Origin: an uncultured Luteitalea sp.
GTDB lineage: Bacteria; Acidobacteriota; Vicinamibacteria; Vicinamibacterales; Vicinamibacteraceae
NCBI GenBank assembly: GCA_964422175.1
Contig: CAYRAE010000001.1
Span: forward strand, 1 to 57,416
Direction of reading: 5' to 3'
Length of the DNA stretch: 57,416 bases
The translations under genes and the position numbers were made by a program. Of this stretch, positions 18,771 to 29,257 are shown in pieces; position 1 is the first letter of the stretch, and each line of letters begins with the position of its first letter. The notes under the pieces are model-generated. The model searched no databases. It had not been told where the DNA came from and saw nothing but the letters and a program-made list of their open reading frames with translations.

Positions 18771-20309
18771 CTACTCCGGGTCCGTCAGATGTTCCCGGGC
18801 GCCGTGAGCGACCGCTGGCGGTTCGCGCCGCCGGGCGATCGCCGAGTTCAGTATGCGCTCTATACGCGCAAAGCAACGGAGGTATTCGGTTTCCGTGCGT
18901 CCGTGTGGATCGGCGATGTCCTGCGGTCCGCCGTTGTCCGGATCAAGTGTGGTGAAGAGGTGTATGCGTCCACGCAGTTCTGGGTAGCGGTCACGCAGTT
19001 CAATGGCCTGGCGCCGCTCAAAACACAGGACGATATCGAAAGGGCTGCATCGTTCAAGAGCCCGGCGCAGGCTCTGCGAGCGTAGAGACGCTACCTGTAC
19101 ACCAAACCTCCTGGTCAGGAACTGTTCCGCCGCGCGGCTCGGTCTGCGCCCACCCAGCCCGAGAAGGCCTGCTGAGGCGACATGCTCATACCCGTTCGCG
19201 CGGAACACCTGCTCGGCGACCATGCTGCGATTGATATTGCCTTTGCACACGACAAGAATTGCAAGAGAACGCGACAGTAGCGGTGTTCTGGCTTGACCAC
19301 TGGTCCAATTCCAGAGCGTGGCTCGGACACGATGTCGAATCTTGTTCGCCGCTGCGAGAAGGCCCTCGGCGAGGACCGCGATATGAGGCAAGGGGTCCAC
19401 GCCACTGCGCTCCTCTGCCACCACCACGGGCGCCCCGGCCACACCACCCGTCGCCAGACGGCGTGCCAGGAACGCCCCGGCGCGGGTGGCTTCAACCAGC
19501 CCCATGCCGCCCCCGCAGCGCAGATCAACCAGCATTGGGCTTCCAGCGCCGATGGCGTACTCGATCTCGAGAAGACCCGTCCAGTCCAGGGCCCTGACGA
19601 GCCCGCGTGTGCATTCGACCAACGCATGCGCCTCATCCGGGTTGCGAGATGCCGCCCTTGGTGTCCACAACCCGAGCATCACGCCATGTCGGGCTGTGAC
19701 GGACAGGCGCATGGTCGGCGGCGGCAATGGCTGCACGAGTACTTCGCCTCGGGGCACGTCGTCCCGTAGCTTGGCATCGAGTGCATCCGCGTCGGAGACC
19801 GACTTCGTGGAGAAGCGGACGGGCTCGTCATCGACGACCGTCACGTCGCGACGAGGGCGTATCGTGCATGGCAGCGCGCACGTCGGCAGCGGTCCCGGAC
19901 GAACGACGTGCTGCCAATCGGGCACCAGCCAACCGGTTTCTCGCGCCAACTCGAATACACGGAGGCGATCTGCGCCGATTGCGTGAGCCTCGCGATCGGG
20001 CCCGAGGATGTCGACGCCGGCGGGGAACGCCATCCCGCCTCCACACAGCAGGACGTGTGCAAGGGGGTCGGCCGGTACCACGGCGGACACGCGTTCCTTT
20101 CTGATGAACGCCTCGAATCTGGCCCGCCAACGAGCAATGCCCTCGTCGACCGAGCCGAGCCATATCGAGTGCGCGCAATACCGCGAGGCGTCAGCGAATG
20201 ACCGCGTCCGATCCCAGCGCAAGAGCGACACTCGGGTGGCAGTACCGAGTTGGCGACACCACGCCAGTTGAACTCGAGCCTGACCGCCCACGACGAGCAC
20301 ATTACGCAT
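18771..20309 (-). CDS. degenerate ATP-grasp domain fused to a low-molecular-weight phosphotyrosine phosphatase domain
   Basis: N-terminal ATP-grasp-like region (SRYC, LVQP, WTGLLEIEY); C-terminal ILVVCKGNINRS, VASAGL, DIADPHG. Confidence 0.7.
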   Translation of the reverse strand: MRNVLVVGGQARVQLAWCRQLGTATRVSLLRWDRTRSFADASRYCAHSIWLGSVDEGIARWRARFEAFIRKERVSAVVPADPLAHVLLCGGGMAFPAGVDILGPDREAHAIGADRLRVFELARETGWLVPDWQHVVRPGPLPTCALPCTIRPRRDVTVVDDEPVRFSTKSVSDADALDAKLRDDVPRGEVLVQPLPPPTMRLSVTARHGVMLGLWTPRAASRNPDEAHALVECTRGLVRALDWTGLLEIEYAIGAGSPMLVDLRCGGGMGLVEATRAGAFLARRLATGGVAGAPVVVAEERSGVDPLPHIAVLAEGLLAAANKIRHRVRATLWNWTSGQARTPLLSRSLAILVVCKGNINRSMVAEQVFRANGYEHVASAGLLGLGGRRPSRAAEQFLTRRFGVQVASLRSQSLRRALERCSPFDIVLCFERRQAIELRDRYPELRGRIHLFTTLDPDNGGPQDIADPHGRTETEYLRCFARIERILNSAIARRREPPAVAHGAREHLTDPE

Positions 20310-20422
20310 CCCGCTGGTCCTCGAATCCACTGAATCACCCACGGCGCGGGCCGGCGGTGGCCACGCGGTTGCGCCGCCACCTTCGCGCCGTGCGCCGGTG
20401 CCGCGCACCATACCTGCTGATC

Positions 20423-21718
20423 TCAGTGCGGCGAGCGAACGCTCGCATGTCCGAGTGAAGACCGTGGCGACCCCGTCGGTCTCGACTTCAAGAGATTCTT
20501 CGAGAGCGTGTAAAAACAGTCGCTCACGAACACGCGCCAGTCGCTCCGCCGCCAGTTGTACAAAGAGGCGTCGCGCTCGACTCGCAGAATGTCGCGCAGA
20601 GTCGACCAGAATCGTGGCCAGTTCTGCACGGCTCGCGACTTCCGCCCGCGCAAGACGAACAGAAGATGCATCAACTCGCGGCCGGCGTTGCGGCACACCA
20701 GGCCTTCGCGGACAAAGGTGGGTGAGTCTGTCGCAACCGTCTCGCCCAGCGCCAGCCGCACCGTCCAGGCTGGGTACTCGAGCCCCTGCCGTCGCCCGAG
20801 GGCGAGGCTGCCCCACGCGCGGCCATTGAACTCGACGAACAACAGACGCCCGTCCGAGGTACGAAGGAACTCCACCATGAACATCCCGCGCCAACCCACG
20901 GCGTCGAGCATTCTTCGCACTGGCTCCTGGAGTGCCAGTTCGACCGCGTGAGAGACGCACGCGCTCGAGCCTGACCCATGCGGGTTCATCATCCGCAGGC
21001 GGCGGTGCGCGCTCCAAGCGATGACGCCGCGGTCTGTTGCAAGCCCGAACACACCCTCTCCAGTGCCATCGACGAACGGCTGGACGAGCAGGTCGCCATC
21101 GCCCGCCCAGGCGTCACGCGCCGCGATCAATTCCGCGGCGTCCGAGCAGATCCAATTCCGTCCTTTTCGAACAGTTCGGCCCGCAACCCGGACCGCGTCG
21201 GCCGGTCTCAGGATCAACGGGTATGCCAAGGCGCCTGCGTCCAGATCGCCTGGTGAGCTCGCGATTCGTGTGGGTAGGACATCGAGGCCCACTGCTCGCG
21301 CCGCCCCGAGTTGGTATCGCTTGTCCAGCGCGAGCGCCAGCGCATCCGCGCCTGCAGGGCCGGCGAACGTCCAGCCATCGGCGCCGAGACGTGCGCACAG
21401 CCACACCGCAGTGTCGTCGAGCGGGAGAAGGACGTGACGCTCGTTTCTCCCAGAGCAGCGCAACTCGTTCAGCTCTGCACGCAAGGCAGATGCGGCTGCC
21501 TCCGCATCTGCCTCGGGGGCGGGAATATCACGAACCGTCACATGGCGACTGTGCCTGATCGCCGCGGATGTTCCCTGGCGAGCGAACGCGGCGACGCGAA
21601 ACCCGGCGTCAACGAGGCTCCACACGACCTCCGGCGCCGCGAGCGCGTCCGCGAAGCCTACGACCACGAGAGTCGACCGCGTGACGTGCTGCGGCTGCCG
21701 GAACGGATCTTCTGGCAC
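20423..21718 (-). CDS. ATP-grasp protein
   Basis: ALDK, YPLILRP, LLVQPFV.G, GWRGMFMVEF, EFNGRAWGSL. Confidence 0.85.
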   Translation of the reverse strand: MPEDPFRQPQHVTRSTLVVVGFADALAAPEVVWSLVDAGFRVAAFARQGTSAAIRHSRHVTVRDIPAPEADAEAAASALRAELNELRCSGRNERHVLLPLDDTAVWLCARLGADGWTFAGPAGADALALALDKRYQLGAARAVGLDVLPTRIASSPGDLDAGALAYPLILRPADAVRVAGRTVRKGRNWICSDAAELIAARDAWAGDGDLLVQPFVDGTGEGVFGLATDRGVIAWSAHRRLRMMNPHGSGSSACVSHAVELALQEPVRRMLDAVGWRGMFMVEFLRTSDGRLLFVEFNGRAWGSLALGRRQGLEYPAWTVRLALGETVATDSPTFVREGLVCRNAGRELMHLLFVLRGRKSRAVQNWPRFWSTLRDILRVERDASLYNWRRSDWRVFVSDCFYTLSKNLLKSRPTGSPRSSLGHASVRSPH

Positions 21719-22606
21719 CTAGCGGGCCTTGACGGGATTGAGGCCGACGACGCCGAGCAGGCGGCCGGCGTGGTCGCAAAACCGGATGCAGACCTGCATG
21801 AACACGTGCTGTCCCATCAACAACGTGAACGGGAGCAACACGAGGTATGCCGGCACAGCAACCACCGACCGCGCCAGCAGCAGCGCGACGTGCTGTCCCG
21901 GGTGCCGCAGGATGTTGTTGCCGCGCAGAAGCGCGCGTCGGAGCATGTAGCTGCGCGTCCAGCGTTCCGGAGGCACGGTCTCGTGTGTAACGCCTTCGTT
22001 GCACCAGAGGAACACGTGGCCCTGCTGCGTCATGCGCATGAAGAAGTCCTTGTCCTCGCCGCCGGTTCCGAACTGCTCGAGAAACGGCTGGTCTTCGTCA
22101 GCAAGAATTGCGCGCCGAAACAGCACATTGCCGGTGCGGCTCTGCTCCCAGGACATGATCCGCCCCGTCGGGTGCTCCGGCCTCTCCCAGAACGCACCTT
22201 TCACAACCCACTCGGGCGGAGGCGACTCGAAGTGCGGACGGACGGGTCCCAGGACGCCGGCCGAGCCGTGGGCCTGACAGGTCGTCACCATGGCGTGCAG
22301 CCAATCCATCTCCGGGAATTCATCGTCGTCGATGAACGCCACGAACTCGCCGGTGGCATGCCTCAGCGCGGCATTTCGCGCGAGCGCGATGTTCCTGCGC
22401 TTCTCCTCGGCGTATGCGACGTCAAGCGAGGACGTACGCTTGAACGAGTCCACTACTACGCGTGCCGAGCCAGCGGGATCGTTGTCTGCCACAACGACCG
22501 AGTACGTGAACGCGCGGTCAGTGCGCTGTCCTTCCAGCGCGTCGAGCAATCGACTCAGCAAGCGGGGCCGTTCGGACGTGCAAATGCAGACGGTGACATG
22601 GGGCAC
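21719..22606 (-). CDS. glycosyltransferase family 2 (ExoM-like)
   Basis: VCICT..RP, VVADND, IALARN, FIDDDE, GGED. Confidence 0.9.
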   Translation of the reverse strand: MPHVTVCICTSERPRLLSRLLDALEGQRTDRAFTYSVVVADNDPAGSARVVVDSFKRTSSLDVAYAEEKRRNIALARNAALRHATGEFVAFIDDDEFPEMDWLHAMVTTCQAHGSAGVLGPVRPHFESPPPEWVVKGAFWERPEHPTGRIMSWEQSRTGNVLFRRAILADEDQPFLEQFGTGGEDKDFFMRMTQQGHVFLWCNEGVTHETVPPERWTRSYMLRRALLRGNNILRHPGQHVALLLARSVVAVPAYLVLLPFTLLMGQHVFMQVCIRFCDHAGRLLGVVGLNPVKAR

Positions 22607-22628
22607 ATCCGTTCTCACAGGTCGGACC

Positions 22629-23348
22629 TCACCAGCGAACGCGGGCGTTCTGCAATGCCCGGCCAAAGTCGTCACTGGTCAAGAACTCGTACTCGTGTGG
22701 CCACGCTGGATGGACCATCAACTCGACTTCAGTCGTGCTCGAGAGTGCCAGCATTTCGTCTACTCCCCCGGACGCCAGGATCTGCGACAGCGAAAAAAAA
22801 TGCTCACCCAGGCGGTGGCGGCTCGCGAGCGCCCGATCCACCCGTGCGCGATACCACCGATTCAGCGCGCTCTTCTCTCCTGGCGCGAATGAAAAGCTGC
22901 GACGTACGTGGGCGCCGCGAGGCAGCAGACGCTGGACGAGCACGTTCGTGGCGAGGTGCATGTGCTGGTGTCCGTCCACGTGACCGGGGTCGGCACCGTA
23001 GAGGCGCCTGAACTCGCCGAACTGGGCCTCGATCACCTCTGCGAAGTCGGCCATGAGCAACGGATTGAACAGGATCAGCGCGTAGCGGGAGGCACTGAGA
23101 AATCGTCGTACGTTGTCGTGACGGCGCCGCAGCTCCGTCGATACCCCGATGCCCGAAAGAGCCTCCGACAGGTTCAGATGCAGGCCAACTCTGATCCCAT
23201 TGTCGAGAGCCAGACCGGCCGCGCGCTCGGAATCGGCCATGAACACCATCGCGCTCGTGGCAGTCACTCGACCGCGCCGATGACATTCGAGCACCACGTC
23301 TGTTTCGCTCTGGCTGCGTCCCAGGTCGTCGGCATTGATGGTGAGCAT
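22629..23348 (-). CDS. ChbG/YdjC-family deacetylase
   Basis: INADDLG, GLHLNL, HVDGHQHMH, ELMVHP. Confidence 0.9.
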   Translation of the reverse strand: MLTINADDLGRSQSETDVVLECHRRGRVTATSAMVFMADSERAAGLALDNGIRVGLHLNLSEALSGIGVSTELRRRHDNVRRFLSASRYALILFNPLLMADFAEVIEAQFGEFRRLYGADPGHVDGHQHMHLATNVLVQRLLPRGAHVRRSFSFAPGEKSALNRWYRARVDRALASRHRLGEHFFSLSQILASGGVDEMLALSSTTEVELMVHPAWPHEYEFLTSDDFGRALQNARVRW

Positions 23349-23353
23349 GTTCG

Positions 23354-24412
23354 TCAGCGAACGCCGCGCGCGCGTAGCATCTCGCCGACCTGCTTGGATT
23401 CAGCGAGCCGGTCCGCCAGTGCGCGCGAGAATCGTTCCGCACCGAGGGCATTCAGGTGTTGCGAATTGTAGAAATGAACTCGGCTCCTGCAGATGTCCGA
23501 GTCACTGAAATCCCACACCACGCTGCCGCTCGCGGCCGCGATCGCTTGAAATCTTGCGAAAATGTCCGCTCGATTGCGCTCCAGCAACTGCATTTCGTAG
23601 TACTCAGGAGAATACACGAACAGGAGAGGGATGTTCGCACTCTTCGCGAGCATCGCGAGGCCTTCCAGATCCTTCACGCCCGCCTCCTCGATCTCGAAGA
23701 CCACGCCGTTCGAGTGTGACGTCCTGTACTTCTCGAAGTCTCCCGTCCAGGCGGTGAATCGTGGCGTGAAACCATCGACATGGGTCTCGGACGGACTCAT
23801 CCCGAACAGGCCGGCCAGCCCGCGCAACCAGGTGAAACGGAGATCCTGTGTTGCATAGCCGTAGAGTGGCAGCCATCTCCATTTCCACGCGTCGGGGTGA
23901 ATTCTCTTGATGGCGTCGTAAATGTCCTCTTCGCTGAGATAGGGCAGGTACTGCGCCGGATCGTAGATCTCGCGGGTGACTTGAAACGCGAACAGGTCAA
24001 GATTGTGAATCAGCAATCGTGGTGGTCGATTGTGCCTGAGATACGTCTTGAGCACGGCCACCTGCATGTCTGTCTGTGAGCCATTGATTCCGATGTTGTA
24101 CACAGAGAGTCCGGTAGCACCTCCCACCAGGCGGGGATCATAGTGTGTCAGGGCGCGCGAGGACCCGGTGATCAGGATGTCCGCATTGATCCGTCCGTCG
24201 ACGATTCTGTTGGTCACGCCAAAGGATGCCGTATCGATACGGCGAAGGCCCGTGTTCACCAATCTGTCCGTACAGAAGAGCAGGCCAATTACCAGCGCGA
24301 AGAACGATACGATCTTCATCACACCAGTGCCAACGGACGATGACTCACGTGACACGCGCAGCGCCGTGTCCTCCGTGGTCTGTTCCTGCAGTCGGGTTGC
24401 AGTGGTCTCCAT
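23354..24412 (-). CDS. periplasmic SGNH/DltD/AlgJ-like acyl-transfer partner
   Basis: N-terminal TM; ITGSSRA; NIGING; FYNSQHLN..GA..FS; coupled to the MBOAT gene. Confidence 0.7.
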   Translation of the reverse strand: METTATRLQEQTTEDTALRVSRESSSVGTGVMKIVSFFALVIGLLFCTDRLVNTGLRRIDTASFGVTNRIVDGRINADILITGSSRALTHYDPRLVGGATGLSVYNIGINGSQTDMQVAVLKTYLRHNRPPRLLIHNLDLFAFQVTREIYDPAQYLPYLSEEDIYDAIKRIHPDAWKWRWLPLYGYATQDLRFTWLRGLAGLFGMSPSETHVDGFTPRFTAWTGDFEKYRTSHSNGVVFEIEEAGVKDLEGLAMLAKSANIPLLFVYSPEYYEMQLLERNRADIFARFQAIAAASGSVVWDFSDSDICRSRVHFYNSQHLNALGAERFSRALADRLAESKQVGEMLRARGVR

Positions 24413-25851
24413 CAGAACTGAAAGTAGATGAACTGTGTTTGCCGATAGACGCCGAACAGCACGATCCCGATGACGAATCCGGCATAGACGCTCCAGCGGA
24501 ATGCCACGGGTCGCGAAGCCATCACGGTCGTCAACGATACACGACTATGTAGAAACTGTACGGATTCGAGCGCCACTATCGCGAGAACGGCAACGGGGAG
24601 TTGCCGAAGAAGGAACTGCGGTGTGCCGATGTTGCCGATGCTCCAGTCCCGCCAGAAATGCGTAAGGATATAGCCCGCGTCCTCGAGGCTGTTGGCGCGG
24701 AACGGCACCCACGCCGCGCAGATCAGTGCGAACGTCGCGAGGATGCCCACAGCTGAGCGCGCGAACCCGTCCTGCCTGAGGCCCACGGCGCTCCAGAAAC
24801 GCTCTCTGGCAGGTTTGGTCGCAATGCCACTGACAAGATAGATCCCGTTGAGCACGCCCCACAGGACGAAGGTCCACGCCGCGCCGTGCCAGAGCCCGGA
24901 GACTGCGAAGGTGATCAAGAGATTGCGGTACCAGTATCGTGTGCCGGCACGGCTGCCGCCGAGGGGAACGTACACGTAGTCACGGAACCACGTAGAGAGC
25001 GAGATGTGCCACCGTCGCCAGAACTCGGCAATCGACCGAGACCAGTACGGGTTGTTGAAGTTCTCCATCAGCCTGAAGCCCAGTACGCGGGCCGAACCGA
25101 TCGCGATGTCCGAGTACCCGGAGAAGTCGCAATAGATCTGGTAGGCGAAGAAGACGGTTGCGATGGTCAGTTGCGTCCCGTTGTAATCCTGCGGCGACGC
25201 ATACACGTCGTTCACGTAGAGCGCCAGGCGGTCGGCGACAACGAGCTTCTTGAAGAAGCCCCACGCCATTCTCTTGAGGCCGCTCGTGATTCGGGCGTAG
25301 TCGAAATCGTGCCGCTCGTGGAACTGATGAAGCAGATTCTGTGGCCGCTCGATAGGGCCTGCGACCAGCTGCGGGAAGAACATCACGTATGTCGCGTACA
25401 CCAGAACGTTCTTCTCTGCGCGTTGACGCCCCCGGTAGACTTCGATCACATAGCTGAGGCTCTGGAATGTGTGGAATGACAGACCCACCGGCAGGATGAT
25501 GTGAAGCGACGGCCCTGTCAACTTCCAGCCGAGAAGGCCGGCCGTGCCGATGAACGTATCCGTGAAGAAGTAGAAGTACTTGAAAATGAACAGTACAAGG
25601 CACGTCGCGACGACGCTGACGACCATGTACGTCTTCTTTCGACTCTCTTCCGCTTGCTCGATCAGGATTCCGGCGGCGTAATCGATCGCAATGGTCACCC
25701 CGAGTATGAGGATATAGGCCGGGATGAAGGCCATGTAAAAGACGCAACTCGCCAACAGCAACAATCCGACCCGATGGCGATGCGCCGACAGGAAGTACAG
25801 CGCCACGACGAGCGGGAAGAACAGCGCGAATTCGAGTGAATTGAACAGCAT
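24412..25851 (-). CDS. algI: MBOAT O-acyltransferase (AlgI-like)
   Basis: MLFNS..F, PVGLSFHTFQ, FFPQLVAGPIER, DFSGYSDIA, FWRRWHISLS, GLWHGA. Confidence 0.92.
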   Translation of the reverse strand: MLFNSLEFALFFPLVVALYFLSAHRHRVGLLLLASCVFYMAFIPAYILILGVTIAIDYAAGILIEQAEESRKKTYMVVSVVATCLVLFIFKYFYFFTDTFIGTAGLLGWKLTGPSLHIILPVGLSFHTFQSLSYVIEVYRGRQRAEKNVLVYATYVMFFPQLVAGPIERPQNLLHQFHERHDFDYARITSGLKRMAWGFFKKLVVADRLALYVNDVYASPQDYNGTQLTIATVFFAYQIYCDFSGYSDIAIGSARVLGFRLMENFNNPYWSRSIAEFWRRWHISLSTWFRDYVYVPLGGSRAGTRYWYRNLLITFAVSGLWHGAAWTFVLWGVLNGIYLVSGIATKPARERFWSAVGLRQDGFARSAVGILATFALICAAWVPFRANSLEDAGYILTHFWRDWSIGNIGTPQFLLRQLPVAVLAIVALESVQFLHSRVSLTTVMASRPVAFRWSVYAGFVIGIVLFGVYRQTQFIYFQF

Positions 25852-25886
25852 CGGTAGAGAGCAGTGGTTCTCGTGACACGGTCGGC

Positions 25887-27278
25887 CTACGACGTGCGCG
25901 CGGCTGCCTGCTCGAGTGTTCCGTGTCGGATCGGGTCTGTGATCGAGAGGCCACGCCCGCCTCGAACACTGCGCCTACGTGTCATGACAGCAGGCTCCAG
26001 GGCGGTCACGAGGAACAGAAACCACAGCGGCGACATTCGCAGAAAGTGCGATTCCGAGAAGTTTCCGACCAACGCCACGAGCAGCACGGCAAAGCGAACC
26101 ACCGGAAAGGCTCCTTGGTGGCCCAGCTCTCGATTCGTTCGCACGCCGTGCACCAGCAGCATCATGGCCAGGAAAGCGACTCCGATCAGGCCGCCATCGA
26201 TGTAGGTTTCCAGGTAGCCGTTGTGTGCCGAGAAGGCAACCCAGTCTGGCAGGCGAGACAGATAGTCGGGATCCGACCAGAAGCTGCAGAAACCGGTGCC
26301 GATCACCGGATTGATGCCCAGCCCCAGGATTACCGCCCATACGTCCGTGCGACCCGTGAATGTCATGTCGCGGCCCATGGCGCCGACGACCGCCGACGAG
26401 ATCCCGAACGTCTGGTCCAGGATCGCGAACGCGCCCGCTCCCAGGAGAGAGTAGGCGCCGAGATTACTGACCCGCTTGCGCATGGTCGGCGACCCGATGG
26501 ACAGGAGTACACCGGTGCCGAGCACCAGGCACACCAGGGACGTCTTGCTGTCGCACAGATACAGCAGGTAGGCTCCGATGGCGACCACGACCAGCGAGGC
26601 GTATCGTTCCAGCGGGTACGTCGGTGTGCCGGATCGGCGCCGTTCGATCCAGTCCCACACGAGCACAAGGCCGGCAACCAGCACCAGGGCACCCAGACTG
26701 TTCTTCTGGAACGTGACCCCGATGCTCTCCATTCCGCCCGAGTGTCTGTTGTACGTACGTCCGAGGTGCGGAAAGTAGCGGATGAAGATGAGGGAGAGCG
26801 GGATCAGGACGTACGCGCATCGCACGAACACCGCGCGGATCGCCTGCAGGGGATTGACCTCCGTCAGGATGACGAGAGCCACAAACACATTGCCCAGATC
26901 CTTGAACCACCGCTTGAACGACACGACAGGAGAGTCGGCCCACAGCACGCTGACAAGGAAATAGGCATAGAGCAGGGCGATCGGCCAGTTCCGTGCAACG
27001 AGTGCGCCCCATGCAATGCGGCGGCGCAGGAGCGTGACAATCGCGGCGACGATGAGGGCGAAGAAGAACAGTCTGTCGAGCGGACTGCCCTCCTGGCTGT
27101 CGACACCGCCCCCACCACTACCAAAGCCGACCCAGGTCGAGAACGGGCGAGACAGCAGGATCGCCGCCCACAGTGTGGGAATCCAGAGAGCCCTCGAGAT
27201 CCCATCGCGCGATTTGGCATCGCGTACGAGAATCGCGGTAACCAGCGTCCAGAACGCCGTGGCGATGAGATGGGGCAT
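25887..27278 (-). CDS. O-antigen ligase/Wzy polymerase family protein
   Basis: Multi-TM; KNSLG, SKTS, TFTGRTDVW, GTGF..FW, AHNGYLE. Confidence 0.85.
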   Translation of the reverse strand: MPHLIATAFWTLVTAILVRDAKSRDGISRALWIPTLWAAILLSRPFSTWVGFGSGGGGVDSQEGSPLDRLFFFALIVAAIVTLLRRRIAWGALVARNWPIALLYAYFLVSVLWADSPVVSFKRWFKDLGNVFVALVILTEVNPLQAIRAVFVRCAYVLIPLSLIFIRYFPHLGRTYNRHSGGMESIGVTFQKNSLGALVLVAGLVLVWDWIERRRSGTPTYPLERYASLVVVAIGAYLLYLCDSKTSLVCLVLGTGVLLSIGSPTMRKRVSNLGAYSLLGAGAFAILDQTFGISSAVVGAMGRDMTFTGRTDVWAVILGLGINPVIGTGFCSFWSDPDYLSRLPDWVAFSAHNGYLETYIDGGLIGVAFLAMMLLVHGVRTNRELGHQGAFPVVRFAVLLVALVGNFSESHFLRMSPLWFLFLVTALEPAVMTRRRSVRGGRGLSITDPIRHGTLEQAAARTS

Positions 27279-27344
27279 GGGGGGAAGCCGCTGCGTGCCG
27301 GCATCGGTTACGCTCGATGCCAGCTGCAATTCACTGCCGACTCG

Positions 27345-28355
27345 TCAGGCGAACACCGCCCGGTACATCCCGTCGACCCATCGGGCGCGCGGGCGTAGCC
27401 ACTCCACCACGGCGGTCGCCGCCAGCGTGAGCATCAACGTCGCGGTGAAGAGTGTCGCGAACTCGATCGAACCCGGCACAGGACGGCCCCACGCAGTCGC
27501 CAAAGCATGCAGAACGGCGATCTGGAGAATGTACGACAGCAGGGAGTACCGTCCCAGCAACGCAACCGGGCTACTCACCCATGCGGGCACGTGGACTGCG
27601 CGGCTTCCGAACGACAGAGCAGCCACGGCCGAGATGGCGGCGGCAGACTGAACCAGGTACGCCAGCGTCGTGTCAGCGGCTCTGGCCGTTGTGACCACAC
27701 ACACGAGGGCGCTGATGATCGCAAGCGGTGCGGCCGCGGATCGCTCCATGTCATCGGCCACAGGTGCGCGTCCGAGCAGTGCGCCTGCCACGCCGACTGA
27801 CACCAGCGACAAGTTCGTGTACGACCCGTATCTCCACTCGAGCCACGTGACCGCGCATGCCACGGCAGTCGCGCATACGGGCAGTACCATACTGCCTGCC
27901 ACATTCAAACGGACGATGGCTGGTGCGAGCAGCAGTACATACCCAATTGGAAGTAGTACGTCGAAAGCAACGCCGTATCCGTTGCCAACTACGAACACCG
28001 ACACGACCTCGTCCCACACGGACGCGCGGAGGAGGCCGCCTGAGTGCGCGGATGACAGCGTCAACCGCAATGCGACATTCAATGCGGTGAACAAGAGTAC
28101 GAGCTTGGCTCCTCGTACCAGCAGCCGGCGATCCACGGCTTCGCCGCGGCTGTAACGCGGCGCATACACTTGCGTCAACATCATGCCGGTAATGAGGATG
28201 AAGGACGGCGGCAGGAACGCGAGATAGCGGAAGCCGAGCTCGTACTGCGTCGAATAGTTGAACGTGTGGTATAGGACCATCAGGACGACCAGCCAGCCTT
28301 TCGTCAGATCAAGAGTGGCGAGTCGGGTCCGAGGTGGCGATTCTGCGGGGCTCAT
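27345..28355 (-). CDS. OpgC-like membrane acyltransferase
   Basis: R..TLD..KG..VVLM..YH; FILITG; LLGRYSL.SY; multi-TM. Confidence 0.6.
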   Translation of the reverse strand: MSPAESPPRTRLATLDLTKGWLVVLMVLYHTFNYSTQYELGFRYLAFLPPSFILITGMMLTQVYAPRYSRGEAVDRRLLVRGAKLVLLFTALNVALRLTLSSAHSGGLLRASVWDEVVSVFVVGNGYGVAFDVLLPIGYVLLLAPAIVRLNVAGSMVLPVCATAVACAVTWLEWRYGSYTNLSLVSVGVAGALLGRAPVADDMERSAAAPLAIISALVCVVTTARAADTTLAYLVQSAAAISAVAALSFGSRAVHVPAWVSSPVALLGRYSLLSYILQIAVLHALATAWGRPVPGSIEFATLFTATLMLTLAATAVVEWLRPRARWVDGMYRAVFA

Positions 28356-28401
28356 GCGCACAACGGTCTCGGCGCGGAGGAGCCGGAGACAAGGCCGAGT
28401 G

Positions 28402-29253
28402 TCATCGTGTGGAGGACTGAACGCGACGCGCCGTATCGAGGCTCGCCGGTCGGCGCGACGCGCCAGGTACCAGGCGCGTCGGACCGAGGTGCTCGCTGGC
28501 TGCCATTGCGCGCGCCACCTCCCGGGCCTCCCAGAGGCGCGCCAGGCGGCGCCATACCGCATTGCCCCTCGAGCGCCACGAGCCTTCCATGACGTGGATA
28601 CCGTAGCGTCCGAACTGGTGCCAGGAATCCTGCTCACGCACGTCCGGTGGAAACAAGACCGCGAGACCGCACGCGCTGGCGGGCGCTTCCGCCATCGTCC
28701 TGGTGAGCAGACCCGGGCCAGTGGTGGTCAGCACTTCGTAGTCAGTCCGGAACACTCCCGGGATGCCGGACAGCATCTCGCGTGCCCAGCTCGGTTCACG
28801 CTGTCCACGCACGCAGTTGTCGATGACCGCGCCAAGGAACGGGTTGTGGGGTGCAGCACCAAACGCGTAGTTGCCCAGCTCCCAGTCGATGCCGGCACGT
28901 GTCCGCAAGTGGCGATTGAAGGTGATCTCCTCGAATGGGAACACAGCGTCGAGGCCGAGGAGCTCATCCAAGGGTTCGGACAAGAACACGTCGAGATCGA
29001 AATAGAACCCGCCAAGCCGGTAGACCGCCAGGTAGCGGAAAAAGTCGAACTTCTGGATCTTGTGCGGAAACTGGTCGAATACGCGCTGGTGCTGCGGGAA
29101 CTCGTCCGCGATGAAGGCCAGGACGTCTTCGTCGTCGAAATACAGGTACTCCCACTCGGGATGGAGCAACTTCAGGTTCGTGGCCGCTGCGCGCGCGAGT
29201 GGTGACAGGTCACGTGACTTTCCGGTCTGGATGATCCGGCGAGGAATAGACAT
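28402..29253 (-). CDS. GT32/OCH1-like DXD glycosyltransferase
   Basis: IPRRIIQT, DFFRYL.VY..GGFYFDLD, TGPGLLT. Confidence 0.88.
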   Translation of the reverse strand: MSIPRRIIQTGKSRDLSPLARAAATNLKLLHPEWEYLYFDDEDVLAFIADEFPQHQRVFDQFPHKIQKFDFFRYLAVYRLGGFYFDLDVFLSEPLDELLGLDAVFPFEEITFNRHLRTRAGIDWELGNYAFGAAPHNPFLGAVIDNCVRGQREPSWAREMLSGIPGVFRTDYEVLTTTGPGLLTRTMAEAPASACGLAVLFPPDVREQDSWHQFGRYGIHVMEGSWRSRGNAVWRRLARLWEAREVARAMAASEHLGPTRLVPGASRRPASLDTARRVQSSTR

Positions 29254-29257
29254 GGTG

